From the IMG/VR virus record IMGVR_UViG_3300028830_000283: a stretch of DNA of 64,000 nucleotides. One strand, given 5' to 3'. Source of the stretch: a virus. Made by a program: the position numbers and the translations under genes. Under the pieces are notes generated by a model. It saw nothing but the letters and a program-made list of their open reading frames with translations. It was not told where the DNA came from and searched no databases. This document shows positions 47,877-56,996 of this stretch, piece by piece. Numbering within the stretch: the first letter of the stretch is position 1; each line of letters begins with the position of its first letter.

Positions 47877-48160
47877 TAAACCTCCAAGTTGGCGCCGATT
47901 TCACTAACCTTCAGGATCGCTCGGCGTAGCCGGTTATTATAATTTTCGATCTGATTAACAACCGGTGATATAGCTTTCGGATCGGGCTTTTCCGCGCCTG
48001 TGCTTTCGCTCGGTGGCGCCGGTCGGCTAACCGGCAAAAGCTTTTGTTCGAGACTGTCTAGGATTTCTACAAGCTCAGCAGTCAGTAATTCTTGTTCGTT
48101 TAAAACTCTTTCGAGCGGGGCAACCTTATTTGTAATTTCGTTTGACATAGTGCCGTTCAT
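47876..48160 (-). CDS. Hypothetical coiled-coil protein
   Basis: AGGAG RBS before MNGTM. Confidence 0.6.
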   Translation of the reverse strand: MNGTMSNEITNKVAPLERVLNEQELLTAELVEILDSLEQKLLPVSRPAPPSESTGAEKPDPKAISPVVNQIENYNNRLRRAILKVSEIGANLEV

Positions 48161-48218
48161 TTTTGTTTCTCCTGATTGATTAAATTTGTCGTCTGATACT
48201 TGGGAATTTCCCAAAACT

Positions 48219-48851
48219 TTAAATAAAATATTTCTCCAAAACTTCCCTTGCTTCCTGCAACTTTTGAAAATCATCGACCGTGCCGCCTTTGTCCGGATGA
48301 AGATTTGTGACGGCTTCGCGATAGGCTTTCTGCATCGTTTGGCGATCGCTTAAAATTCTCTCGACCATAAAATTCGAGTGCGAGCAGATGAAATCCGCCG
48401 CCGCTTCAGCCGTCGAGACTTTCCCTTCCGCCGACGGCAGCGCGAGCCGCTCGACCATATCGGCGTAAGAAAAAACGCCGTAACGCGCGACTTTGCGCAA
48501 AGCTTCGAGTGAAAGAGCGATCGCCCGCAAATTATCCTGCCAATCGTCGAACGCGTCGCACGGATAGGAAAGCGTCTGCGGTTCGCCGCCGGCACGAATG
48601 ACCGAAAAACTCAAAATCACGCCCGGTCTGTACGGTCGCGCGTCCGCGCGCAGCTCTCCGTCGCGGCGCAAGTTTTCGGGACGGATGAACATCTGAATTT
48701 CCTGTGTCGATTCGATCGCGTCGAGATAAAATAATTCCTTTTCGAGAAGCTGCTTGGTTTTCGAATAGGTCGCCTTAAACTGCGATCTTTTCGGAAATTC
48801 GGTTTCCTTTCCGATCCATTTTTTGATCGGCTTGATTTGTATCTTCAACAT
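48219..48851 (-). CDS. Phage protein with C-terminal J-domain
   Basis: 'CDAFDDWQDNLRAIALSLEALR..RYG' plus 'KAYRE..NLHPDKGGTVDDFQKLQEA'. Confidence 0.85.
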   Translation of the reverse strand: MLKIQIKPIKKWIGKETEFPKRSQFKATYSKTKQLLEKELFYLDAIESTQEIQMFIRPENLRRDGELRADARPYRPGVILSFSVIRAGGEPQTLSYPCDAFDDWQDNLRAIALSLEALRKVARYGVFSYADMVERLALPSAEGKVSTAEAAADFICSHSNFMVERILSDRQTMQKAYREAVTNLHPDKGGTVDDFQKLQEAREVLEKYFI

Positions 48852-48855
48852 AAAA

Positions 48856-49329
48856 TTAATTGGTAAATCGTTTTATTCTCTTCGCCAGGTTCTCGCGCAG
48901 AAACCGCACGTCTTCGCGCTTCGGCAGAGCCACGAAATTTTTCTCGTCCTCGTCCACGAATTCGAACTTGCAGACCGCGATTTCGACGCGACCGGTCGTG
49001 ACGAGTGCCGTGTGCATAACCGTTTCCCGGATTTTTATGCCTTGAATTTTCTCGATCTGAATCCGACCGTGACAGGCATTTTTCCCCATGTCGTCGATGA
49101 TCGTCGAAACGTCCGGCGGATTCGAATCGCCGAGATTCCGAAAGTCGCGCGTCATCTGCCAAAAATAGGCGTCTTCAAGCCCGATGATCCGCGGATCGAT
49201 CTCGACCGGAATCTGCATGGACACGATTTCCTCCGACGACTCGACCGGCGTATCTTCGGAAACTGGCGGCGGATCGAAATGGTGAAAAACAAAACCGATG
49301 AGCTGCGCGATAAACTGTATAAATTTCAT
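48856..49329 (-). CDS. Hypothetical protein
   Basis: Start moved to MKFIQ (GAGG RBS). Confidence 0.55.
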   Translation of the reverse strand: MKFIQFIAQLIGFVFHHFDPPPVSEDTPVESSEEIVSMQIPVEIDPRIIGLEDAYFWQMTRDFRNLGDSNPPDVSTIIDDMGKNACHGRIQIEKIQGIKIRETVMHTALVTTGRVEIAVCKFEFVDEDEKNFVALPKREDVRFLRENLAKRIKRFTN

Positions 49330-49336
49330 CCAAACC

Positions 49337-49780
49337 TCACTTGGAAACCGCGCACTTTGAAGGCGCGGAGGAAAAGTGAACATCAGCAACCGCGTTTTCA
49401 AGCGACTGTCTTTCGTTCGCTAATTGAGCGTCGGTTTTTAACTCAATACCTAAAGCTTTGTAACCTTGGTCAACTATTTGCATAAATTCTTGTTTACTCG
49501 CCGCTCTTTCTGCGACACCTTTCTTACGGCATTCAAAGCAAAGAAAATATTTACCTGTATGTGGTTTTCGGCATTTCGGACATTCGCCGCGCGCCTGTCG
49601 TTTTTGCCAAAAACCCGTAACGGTCAACGCGCAATTTTCACAGCGCGAAGCACCGCCCGAAGGTTCGCCGCAATGAGTGCAAAGTCCTGACGCTTTCAAT
49701 CGCGCATAACGAGCGCGGTTGTATTCACGATTACGTTGTTTTCTTTCCTCAATCTGCTGAGGCGTCAAATTTTTAGCCAT
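49337..49780 (-). CDS. Zn-finger repeat protein
   Basis: Two 'G.C..C(G/R)......C..C' repeats; GAGGAG RBS. Confidence 0.75.
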   Translation of the reverse strand: MAKNLTPQQIEERKQRNREYNRARYARLKASGLCTHCGEPSGGASRCENCALTVTGFWQKRQARGECPKCRKPHTGKYFLCFECRKKGVAERAASKQEFMQIVDQGYKALGIELKTDAQLANERQSLENAVADVHFSSAPSKCAVSK

Positions 49781-49798
49781 AATTCTCCTCTATCTTCC

Positions 49799-49833
49799 AA
49801 GAATCCCCTGTCCTTTAGGCAGAGGTAATTCAA
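49799..49833 (+). mobile_element. Possible IS200/IS605-family end remnant
   Basis: AAGAATCCCCTGTCCTTTAGGCAGAGGTAATTCAA resembles the GAATCCCC..TTTAGG..GG..TCAA subterminal hairpin. Confidence 0.4.
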
Positions 49834-49851
49834 AAATCAATTAATTAAATT

Positions 49852-50220
49852 TCAGACCTGCAACCTGGTAAATTGCTTGTATGTTTCTGAAAATATTTCG
49901 ATAAATTTCTCTTTGTTTTCTTCCGGAAGATTTTGATCGCTTTTAATTAAGTTGATGATGATTTCGAGTTTCTCTTTCGAGTCGTAATAATAAACGCGCT
50001 CCATTTGACCGTTCGTAAAACGCTCGAACGGCATATTCAGCCACGCGCAAATTTTGTAGATATTTTCTATGTCCGGTTTTCCGGCGGCACAGATAATGCG
50101 TGAGAAAGTGCTGGCGTTTATACCGCATTCGTCTGCGGCTCGACGCTGAGATATTCCCAAGTGATCGATTTTGCGTTTTACGGCTTGCGCCAGTTCAATA
50201 AGATTAAAATCACTTTGCAT
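49852..50220 (-). CDS. XRE-family HTH regulator
   Basis: 'GISQRRAADECGINASTFSRII...KPDIENIYKICAWL'. Confidence 0.85.
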   Translation of the reverse strand: MQSDFNLIELAQAVKRKIDHLGISQRRAADECGINASTFSRIICAAGKPDIENIYKICAWLNMPFERFTNGQMERVYYYDSKEKLEIIINLIKSDQNLPEENKEKFIEIFSETYKQFTRLQV

Positions 50221-50626
50221 CTTCACACTCCGTACAAATTCCGTCCGCTGCCCAATCGCAGCCATCACCGCAGGCGGCGCTTTCCGTACAGCCGCAGCGC
50301 ACGCAGATCAACTCTCCGCAGTCCGAGCAGCGTTTCCCGTCATCGTCCGTAATCGCGACGACGCGGTCGCAGTTTTTGCAGTGAACGATGTCCTGTTCGA
50401 CCATTATTTCAGTTGGCAACGTTGACGCTTTTTCAGCCAGTAACGCGAGCTCGCGTATGAGCGGTCGCATCGGGATCGGTGTCGCGCTCCATTTCTTTCC
50501 CCAACGCGCGTACGGGATCAAACCGCCGGCGCTTTTTTTGTTTTTGACGAGCACGAATTCATCGGGCTCGTCCTTCTTTTTTTGCGTCACCGGGACGCTC
50601 ATCCAAAATTCACCATTAAAATTCAT
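50210..50626 (-). CDS. Cys-rich hypothetical protein
   Basis: 'CVRCGCTESAAC.DGCDW..CTEC'. Confidence 0.7.
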   Translation of the reverse strand: MNFNGEFWMSVPVTQKKKDEPDEFVLVKNKKSAGGLIPYARWGKKWSATPIPMRPLIRELALLAEKASTLPTEIMVEQDIVHCKNCDRVVAITDDDGKRCSDCGELICVRCGCTESAACGDGCDWAADGICTECEDAK

Positions 50627-50636
50627 AAAATCACCT

Positions 50637-50858
50637 TTATAATCGGACTCCGCGGCGTTCGAGTTCGGCTTTGATTTTTTTTAACGCACGTTGCTCGATG
50701 TGCCAGATATCCTGTCTATTGCACCCACAGACGAATGCGATTTCGGCGTGCGTTCTCTCGACTCCGTTTGGAGTAAAAGCACTAAGCAGAATCAATCCGA
50801 TGTCTAATCCGCCATCTGTTAAATCGAGTTCATCTTTGAATTTTTTGATTCCACGCAT
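50637..50858 (-). CDS. Sigma70 region-4-like HTH protein
   Basis: 'RTHAEIAFVCGCNRQDIWHIEQRALKKIK'. Confidence 0.75.
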   Translation of the reverse strand: MRGIKKFKDELDLTDGGLDIGLILLSAFTPNGVERTHAEIAFVCGCNRQDIWHIEQRALKKIKAELERRGVRL

Positions 50859-50945
50859 TTTTTTATTGGAGCGAGCGCTTCGCGCCGGCGCCGGAAAAAT
50901 TCCGCGTTTCCATTGGCGACGATCGCCGGCGCTCGCTCCGAACCT

Positions 50946-51368
50946 TTAATCCTTCTTCTCCATCAGCTCTAAAAACGGCTTTAATAAATCATTCGGTATG
51001 CGCGTATTTTGGCGCGGGAAACGAAGCCAGCCCCATTCCGGAAAGATCGTGCGCAAGCCTTTGATCGTGATTTCGGGGCGCTTCTCGAAAAAGACGATCT
51101 CGCCGATTTCGACCATCCATTTATCTTTCGTGTTCGTTCCAGAAAACATATCGCCGACGTTGTGAAACGGCTCGCCGATGAACTTCACCCGTCCGACGAT
51201 GCGCGAGAGCGGCGAGCAGAGATAAATAAAAGCCTGCTCGCCTTTTTTCGACGTCCGCGGACACGTCCAGAAAAACTGATGATCCGGATATTTGTCCTGA
51301 TTTTTGATAAACGACATGTGCTCCGCGCCGCCGAGCAAAATGTAATAATTTTCTTTTTCGCCCTTCAT
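50946..51368 (-). CDS. EVE/PUA-like domain protein
   Basis: 'W.CPRTSKKGEQAFIYL..P..RIVG'. Confidence 0.55.
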   Translation of the reverse strand: MKGEKENYYILLGGAEHMSFIKNQDKYPDHQFFWTCPRTSKKGEQAFIYLCSPLSRIVGRVKFIGEPFHNVGDMFSGTNTKDKWMVEIGEIVFFEKRPEITIKGLRTIFPEWGWLRFPRQNTRIPNDLLKPFLELMEKKD

Positions 51369-51610
51369 TATCGTTGATATAGTGCGTTGTAAACGCCGCA
51401 GACATCACAACTACGCACACCGGCTTCGCCTTCGTTTTTCACTTCCGCGGACGAATCGATTTTCTTGATGCATTCGTCGCAAAGAGCTTTCAGTCCTTTT
51501 GATTTTTCGCCCTTTTTGTAAAACCTTATGCCCCAAATATTGCGAAATCCTTTGACACGCCGATGATCCGGGCAATTGACCATCGGCGTGCATCTGTAAC
51601 ACTTCGACAT
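51368..51610 (-). CDS. Small Cys-rich protein
   Basis: Coupled start/stop; three CxxC. Confidence 0.6.
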   Translation of the reverse strand: MSKCYRCTPMVNCPDHRRVKGFRNIWGIRFYKKGEKSKGLKALCDECIKKIDSSAEVKNEGEAGVRSCDVCGVYNALYQR

Positions 51611-53880
51611 TATTTAAATAACTCCGGCTGTTTGGCGCGTTCCTGAGCCGCTAACGCCACTCTCATCTCGTCTTTGGTCATCGAACGACGATCGACCTGC
51701 TCCTGAATGTCCGGACGGTAATAGATCGCTTCGCCGCGCCCGAGATCGTATTCGATGACGCATTCGATCGGACGGTATTCGACGCGCGATCTGATCTGAT
51801 CGACGAGCTCGTCCTGCTCTTCTTCGAGTTTCTCGATGTCCTTTTTGTATTGTTTTTTGGCTTCGGAAAGCGCGTTCTTTTTCGTCTCGATGACGCTCAT
51901 CACGTCCATCAGCGCATTGGTTTTGAGCTTGACGTCATCGTCCGTCAGCTGAAAACGAACCTTTTTGATCTCGGTTTCGGGAAGAGTTTCCGACGGTTTA
52001 AGAGATTTTTTAGCTTCCGTGTCGGGTTCGATCTCGGCGAGCTGCAGGAAAAGCGCGTCGATGTCGGCGTTTTCAGCCGTGACGTTTTTGCCGCTGATTT
52101 CTTTTTCGGCTTTCCAGACGTCGCCGCTGCCTTTGACGATCTTCCAGCCTTTTTCCATCCAGTCGGAAATGCGCGCCGTTTGTTCGAGCGTCAGCGGTTT
52201 CGACTCATTGCCGTCAACATTCGTGTCGCTAACATCGCCGGCGGCTTCGCGCTCGCGCCGGTCGCAGTAACGCAAAAGCAGTTCGAGCGAGTTATAGCCG
52301 CTCGCGCCGATCATTCCGTCTTTGAGCGCGCTCCATTCGTCTTTATCGTCGAGCTCGAATTTCCATCCGCTTAATTGGTATAAAGGAATTTCTTTCATGA
52401 GCGAAGCCGATGCGGCGCGCTGCTCCATCGTCGCGTTTTCGTCTAATACATCCTCGATCTCGTCGGCGTCGTCGGATATTTTTTTGAGACGTGCAGCTTC
52501 GTCGCTTCCGTCGTCGATGTCGCACCATTTGTCGTAAGCCTCGTTTGCCAGAAAGTGCGCGCGGTTCAATCTTTCGACTTCCTGCTTGAAATAAAGATCC
52601 TTCAGTTTTTCCGTCTCGCCGGCAGAGCGTAACTCCTGAAGACCGCGCGCCGCCTGCACCGATTCCTCGACCGTCCGGTAATTACGAAAAACTATGCCGT
52701 CGGCGGCAACATCGAAACGCGCCGCCGGATTGAGTTGAAAAGTCCATCCCTTTTGTTCGAGTTCGGCTTTTTCCTTGATCGCCCAACTTTCGATCTTTTC
52801 TGCCGGCGCAGGTTTTTCCGTTTTCATCGAGTCGAAATATTCGTTATATCCAAGTTCCGTCCGCTCGAATTTTAGATCGAGAATTTCGAGCGACTTCGCC
52901 AGCACTTTTTTAGCCTGATTCTGTTTTTTCGTTTTATTAATGTCGTCTTCGCCGGCGATCGATCGAACGCGGTTTTCGATCATTTCGGCGAATGAATCGA
53001 AATGCAGTTGATTGGTTTGGACATCCGAGCGGAAACCGGTTGAGCTGATCGCGTTCGCGCCTTCGAAATCATTGAAAGTAAGGTGATGATCGCCCGGATC
53101 GTAATGGAAATGCACAAGACGGCTTTCGTCGCCTGTTTTTAAGGTGAAAGTTCCGCCTTGTTTGAAAACAATTTTTTCGGGACGAGCGAGCAGCAGTTTA
53201 TTTTCTTCAACGGCACGAGCTGCGTCGTAAGCCGCATACCATCCCATATCCAAGCGGTTGTAATGATTTTTCGGAGTTTGTTTGTGATAAATTTCTCCGA
53301 TTTCATCCAACGATTTTCCGGCGAAGAGCGGGTAATGCTCGTTATTATCAATTACATCCTGCATTTTTTGAGTGAAAACATCGTTAAATTCCGGTGTCGT
53401 AATTTCTTCAGAGATTGCCGGTTTTTCTTGCTTATTTGAGACGGAAGTTTGCCCGTTTTTCACTTTTAAATCACCCGGCTTTTTGTAAAAATTGCAGACT
53501 TCGCCGTTGACCATCGCCTTAATCAGATAGGTCGTATGGTTGTAAGCCGTATCGAAGATATAGCCTTCGTAATTCTTGCCGGCATCGGTGAACGTGACTT
53601 CCGTGTTATCGGGCAGACGGTTTTCTTTGGTGATGAATTTCACCTCTTCCGGACTTTTTTTCTCCGTCTCGATCATGCCTTCGAGCGTCGAGATCAAGTA
53701 ACCGATGCCCATCGCGGTTTCGATCGTTTCATCATCTTTGCGCTTCGCGCTCCACTGGTTTTCCTGCTCGTTAAAATCGAATTTCCAGCCGGCTTCTTCG
53801 AGCTTCGCCTTGCGATCCGCTAAATCTTCGCGCAAAACCTTTTCCGGTTTATGAATTTTCTTTGTCGTTTCAGTTTTCAC
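51610..53880 (-). CDS. Large acidic multidomain early protein
   Basis: GTG start with AAGGAG RBS; repeated GW(K/T)(F/I) modules; C-terminal QPELF. Confidence 0.75.
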   Translation of the reverse strand: MKTETTKKIHKPEKVLREDLADRKAKLEEAGWKFDFNEQENQWSAKRKDDETIETAMGIGYLISTLEGMIETEKKSPEEVKFITKENRLPDNTEVTFTDAGKNYEGYIFDTAYNHTTYLIKAMVNGEVCNFYKKPGDLKVKNGQTSVSNKQEKPAISEEITTPEFNDVFTQKMQDVIDNNEHYPLFAGKSLDEIGEIYHKQTPKNHYNRLDMGWYAAYDAARAVEENKLLLARPEKIVFKQGGTFTLKTGDESRLVHFHYDPGDHHLTFNDFEGANAISSTGFRSDVQTNQLHFDSFAEMIENRVRSIAGEDDINKTKKQNQAKKVLAKSLEILDLKFERTELGYNEYFDSMKTEKPAPAEKIESWAIKEKAELEQKGWTFQLNPAARFDVAADGIVFRNYRTVEESVQAARGLQELRSAGETEKLKDLYFKQEVERLNRAHFLANEAYDKWCDIDDGSDEAARLKKISDDADEIEDVLDENATMEQRAASASLMKEIPLYQLSGWKFELDDKDEWSALKDGMIGASGYNSLELLLRYCDRREREAAGDVSDTNVDGNESKPLTLEQTARISDWMEKGWKIVKGSGDVWKAEKEISGKNVTAENADIDALFLQLAEIEPDTEAKKSLKPSETLPETEIKKVRFQLTDDDVKLKTNALMDVMSVIETKKNALSEAKKQYKKDIEKLEEEQDELVDQIRSRVEYRPIECVIEYDLGRGEAIYYRPDIQEQVDRRSMTKDEMRVALAAQERAKQPELFK

Positions 53881-54101
53881 TTTCGTTTTCTCCTTAAATT
53901 TTCTATCTCCATGGGAGTCTTCATCATCCAAAAGTTGTTTTTCCCGCATCTCGGACAAATGAAACCCTGCACGAGAAAAAGTCCGTTTTTAGAATCGTTG
54001 GCAACCGCGCCGGCTTCGTCGTACAGCATCCGGTGATCGGTGCGGTAACCCGTATCCTCGCGGCAAAAAGTACATTCGACTTCTTCAAGATATGCCGGCA
54101 T
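53877..54101 (-). CDS. Zn-ribbon protein
   Basis: CTFC..CPRCG; GTGA overlap with next gene. Confidence 0.6.
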   Translation of the reverse strand: MPAYLEEVECTFCREDTGYRTDHRMLYDEAGAVANDSKNGLFLVQGFICPRCGKNNFWMMKTPMEIENLRRKRK

Positions 54102-54107
54102 CGCAGG

Positions 54108-54254
54108 TCAATGCTCCCGTTTGCCGAATTTTCTGGCGAGCTTTATTTCGCGGCGAAAGCGAACTGTCTCCTCGCGTTCGATCTTGGCAAGTCGAAAATG
54201 AACACGCTCGCGCGTTCTCGATTTGACCGTGACGGTCGTTTTTTTCAAGCACAT
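54108..54254 (-). CDS. Small basic protein (48 aa)
   Basis: AAAGGAGG RBS before MCLKK. Confidence 0.5.
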   Translation of the reverse strand: MCLKKTTVTVKSRTRERVHFRLAKIEREETVRFRREIKLARKFGKREH

Positions 54255-54272
54255 CGGATATTCCTCCTTTCG

Positions 54273-54447
54273 TTTTTTGAATTTGCCGGGAAAGGGCGAA
54301 AAACTTACCTCGAATCCAGGCGCCGACTCTGTAGGCTCGAAGGCGGAAAAAAAAGCGGATAAAGAGCGGAAATTTTGTGCAATCGGTATTGTTCCGCTAA
54401 TGGCATGAACGCCTGTTTCCCCGCCCTTTCCGGGTAAATTCAAAAAA
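54273..54447 (-). other. Intergenic element closed by a ~32-bp imperfect inverted repeat
   Basis: ttttttgaatttgccgggaaagggcgaaaaac / gtttccccgccctttccgggtaaattcaaaaaa. Confidence 0.75.
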
Positions 54448-54453
54448 CCTTTT

Positions 54454-54810
54454 TCAAGAAACCTTGCGCAGCTTGACCTCCGTTTCCGAGCCGAAAAGCG
54501 AAATTTCGCTTTTTAAGCTGAACGACGACGGCACGTTCTTGACCTCGTGACGCGAGGCGTAATCCTGAAGGTGATGAAGCCCGTAGGTTGCCGATTTACC
54601 GTAGCCGTAATGATTGATTTTTTTGTCGCGGCGAATCTGCGCGAGCGTCGATTTTTCGATCCCGAGCTGGCGCGCGGCTTCCTCTTCGGTAAAGGTCAGC
54701 TGCACGCCGGATCGGAAATATTTGTCGAAGCGGGGAAAAATTCGCGCCTTGAAAAATTCTTCGAGCTTTTCGCCGAGCCTGTCGATAAATTTTGCCCAGA
54801 TTTCGTCCAT
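54454..54810 (-). CDS. Excisionase-like (HTH_17/MerR-type) protein
   Basis: 'FTEEEAARQLGIEKSTLAQIRRDKKINH..G....Y...HLQDY'. Confidence 0.75.
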   Translation of the reverse strand: MDEIWAKFIDRLGEKLEEFFKARIFPRFDKYFRSGVQLTFTEEEAARQLGIEKSTLAQIRRDKKINHYGYGKSATYGLHHLQDYASRHEVKNVPSSFSLKSEISLFGSETEVKLRKVS

Positions 54811-56219
54811 TATTTCCCTTCCTTGTAGTCGTCCATCAGATCCGCCATACGAGTTAAAATGTCGCGCTCGCGTTTCGACATCTCGAAAAAATTTCCGTCG
54901 AAACCGACGAGGATTCCGCCGCCTGAAGAAAACGGAATTTTTCCGACGCTGCGCGCCGACGGCGTCGGTTCGTTAGGTTCGAGGACGACGGCGAAGGAAT
55001 TAAAACCTTCGCGCAAAGACGGCAGAGTTTTTTCGATCGCAGAATTGCTGACGGCTGAAGCGGCGGCGTTCGCGACGGAATTTTTCACCTGGTCGAATCC
55101 GTTGCGGCTCGCTTCGCTTTTCGACGAAAGATGCTCGATCGCGTGCGAAAATCGCGCGGCGGTTTCGATTGTCGGAGGAATGTCTAAAATTTCCTCCGAC
55201 CGGCAATTGCGGCAGACGAGCGGATCGGGCAGCTTCATCGGATCGCCGGTATAAGCTTTCCCGCATTTGAGGCATTTCGGAGTTTTCTCGGACGCGCTTC
55301 CGCCGGCGTAATCGCCGCTTGCCGCCTGATCGAATTCGATTTTCTTGTGGATTTCCGTCGCGGCGAAAGCCTTGAAACATCCGTCATTGCAGAAATTGCC
55401 GAGCTCCGTTTCTAAAAACGACTCGATGACGAATTCAGTGCCGCAATTCGCGCAGAATTTCGGTTCGGTCGGTGTTTGTCGTGCAGTCTGTTCTTTCATA
55501 TTTTCAGGCTCCTTTCCGGTTTCCGCTCGAGTGTTTTCGAACGCGCGGCGTCCCTCCTCCCAGGCGGTTTTGAGTTCGGGGAGTTTTCGCAGTTTGAAGT
55601 CGAGCGTCGAATAACCGACGCCCAAGATTTCCGCCGACTCTTTGAGAGTTTTGCCCATCGCGGCGACATCGCGGACGCGTTTCGGATCGAGATCGATGCG
55701 AGCTTTCAGGTTCGTCTTTTTTAATTTTTCGGGATTATTTTCTTTGTATAGGCGGCGACCTTCGTAGTAAGCGTCGCGAAATTCTTTCATTAGTTGATCG
55801 AATTTGCTCGTACCGACGCCGAGTGCCCGCGCGATCTCGTCGCATGTCCGGTTTTCGGAGGCGGCTTTTAAGATTTGTTCGGCAGTAAATTGCATTCTTT
55901 GGCGACCCGTTCGCTTTTTCTGCGGCGGATCGACATCGACCAAAGTTTTTTCGGGTTTTGCTTCTTCCGTTACTTCCTCGATGTCAGCCGGCGACGCATC
56001 GGCAGCCGGAGCGATCGCGAGCCGGTGAATGCCGCCTTCGCGCGTCTTGATCAATTGACCGTCGGCGCACATTTTGCGCACGACGTTGTAAACCGTTTCC
56101 ATATCGGCACCCGTGTAGCGGACGATCTCGGTATGCGTGACATAACCGCGACAGATCGCTTCGCGAATCTTCGCCTTTAATTCATTGAGCGCACCGTTTA
56201 TATCGAAATTTTCAGCCAT
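54810..56219 (-). CDS. Multi-HTH DNA-binding protein (469 aa)
   Basis: wHTH plus two HTH repeats ('TCDEIARALGVG', 'TLKESAEILGVG'), Zn motifs. Confidence 0.7.
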   Translation of the reverse strand: MAENFDINGALNELKAKIREAICRGYVTHTEIVRYTGADMETVYNVVRKMCADGQLIKTREGGIHRLAIAPAADASPADIEEVTEEAKPEKTLVDVDPPQKKRTGRQRMQFTAEQILKAASENRTCDEIARALGVGTSKFDQLMKEFRDAYYEGRRLYKENNPEKLKKTNLKARIDLDPKRVRDVAAMGKTLKESAEILGVGYSTLDFKLRKLPELKTAWEEGRRAFENTRAETGKEPENMKEQTARQTPTEPKFCANCGTEFVIESFLETELGNFCNDGCFKAFAATEIHKKIEFDQAASGDYAGGSASEKTPKCLKCGKAYTGDPMKLPDPLVCRNCRSEEILDIPPTIETAARFSHAIEHLSSKSEASRNGFDQVKNSVANAAASAVSNSAIEKTLPSLREGFNSFAVVLEPNEPTPSARSVGKIPFSSGGGILVGFDGNFFEMSKRERDILTRMADLMDDYKEGK

Positions 56220-56555
56220 AACTTTTTATCTGACCGGGAATGATTTTTGAAAAAGGCAGATGATTCCGAAATTCTTCCGCCTTTTCCAAACGTTGACTTA
56301 CAGGACTTAATCATTCCTCCTATTTTGAATTAACCTGTTGTTCAGGCTTTTCGGACGCGAAATTTAACGCCCGGCGAGACGAACGCTTTTTTGGGGGAAG
56401 TGAAGACGATCCAAACCGCAATTGGAGACTTCCCGAAGCGTTCGCCCGGCTCGACGATTTCTGCATTTTCAAAAAAGAGCCGGTAAGACCGCTTGCCGGC
56501 TCATAAATGGCAAATAAAGACTGAAAACAACTTCCCTTTGTTCGTGAATTTTTGT

Positions 56556-56789
56556 TTATTCGTTGCAGGCGATCGCCGAATTTGCGGTCATCCGAGCTTC
56601 GCGGATTTGTCTGATCGCTGCGGATTGGTCAGCACATTTCGGCGTGCATTCCAAAACGACGCGGGCGAAATTAAAAGCCGCTTCATTGATTTCTCCGTAG
56701 CGTTCGGTTTGATCGCCTTGCGGCGCGTGATACGTAAATTGATTTTCGAGATCGTTTAATTGTTCCTGCGTTAATTTATTTTTTGGCAT
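56556..56789 (-). CDS. Acb2/Tad1-hairpin-like protein, candidate anti-defence nucleotide sponge
   Basis: 'LENQFTYHAP..Q.ERY..I......FA..V...P....S.AI..IREA.M.AN.AIA'; GGAGG RBS. Confidence 0.6.
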   Translation of the reverse strand: MPKNKLTQEQLNDLENQFTYHAPQGDQTERYGEINEAAFNFARVVLECTPKCADQSAAIRQIREARMTANSAIACNE

Positions 56790-56996
56790 TTTTCCTCCGT
56801 TAGTTTTTTTTAATTGAGCGGTTCTCTCCACCGCCCGAAGTCACGCCTATTTCTCTGTATTGGCATCGCCGGCGTTGAACTGGCAGTCACTTCAATTAAC
56901 TTCACGTCTTTCCCTTTCCAGAGTCCGGGTAAAAACCCGAAGTCTTATCTCTGGGAAACTGCTCGACGCTATCGCTGCCGCCTCGTTAATCTGGGT

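Noticed and set aside
54273..54447. Retron msr-msd
   Set aside because: Inverted repeats are present, but no reverse transcriptase is nearby
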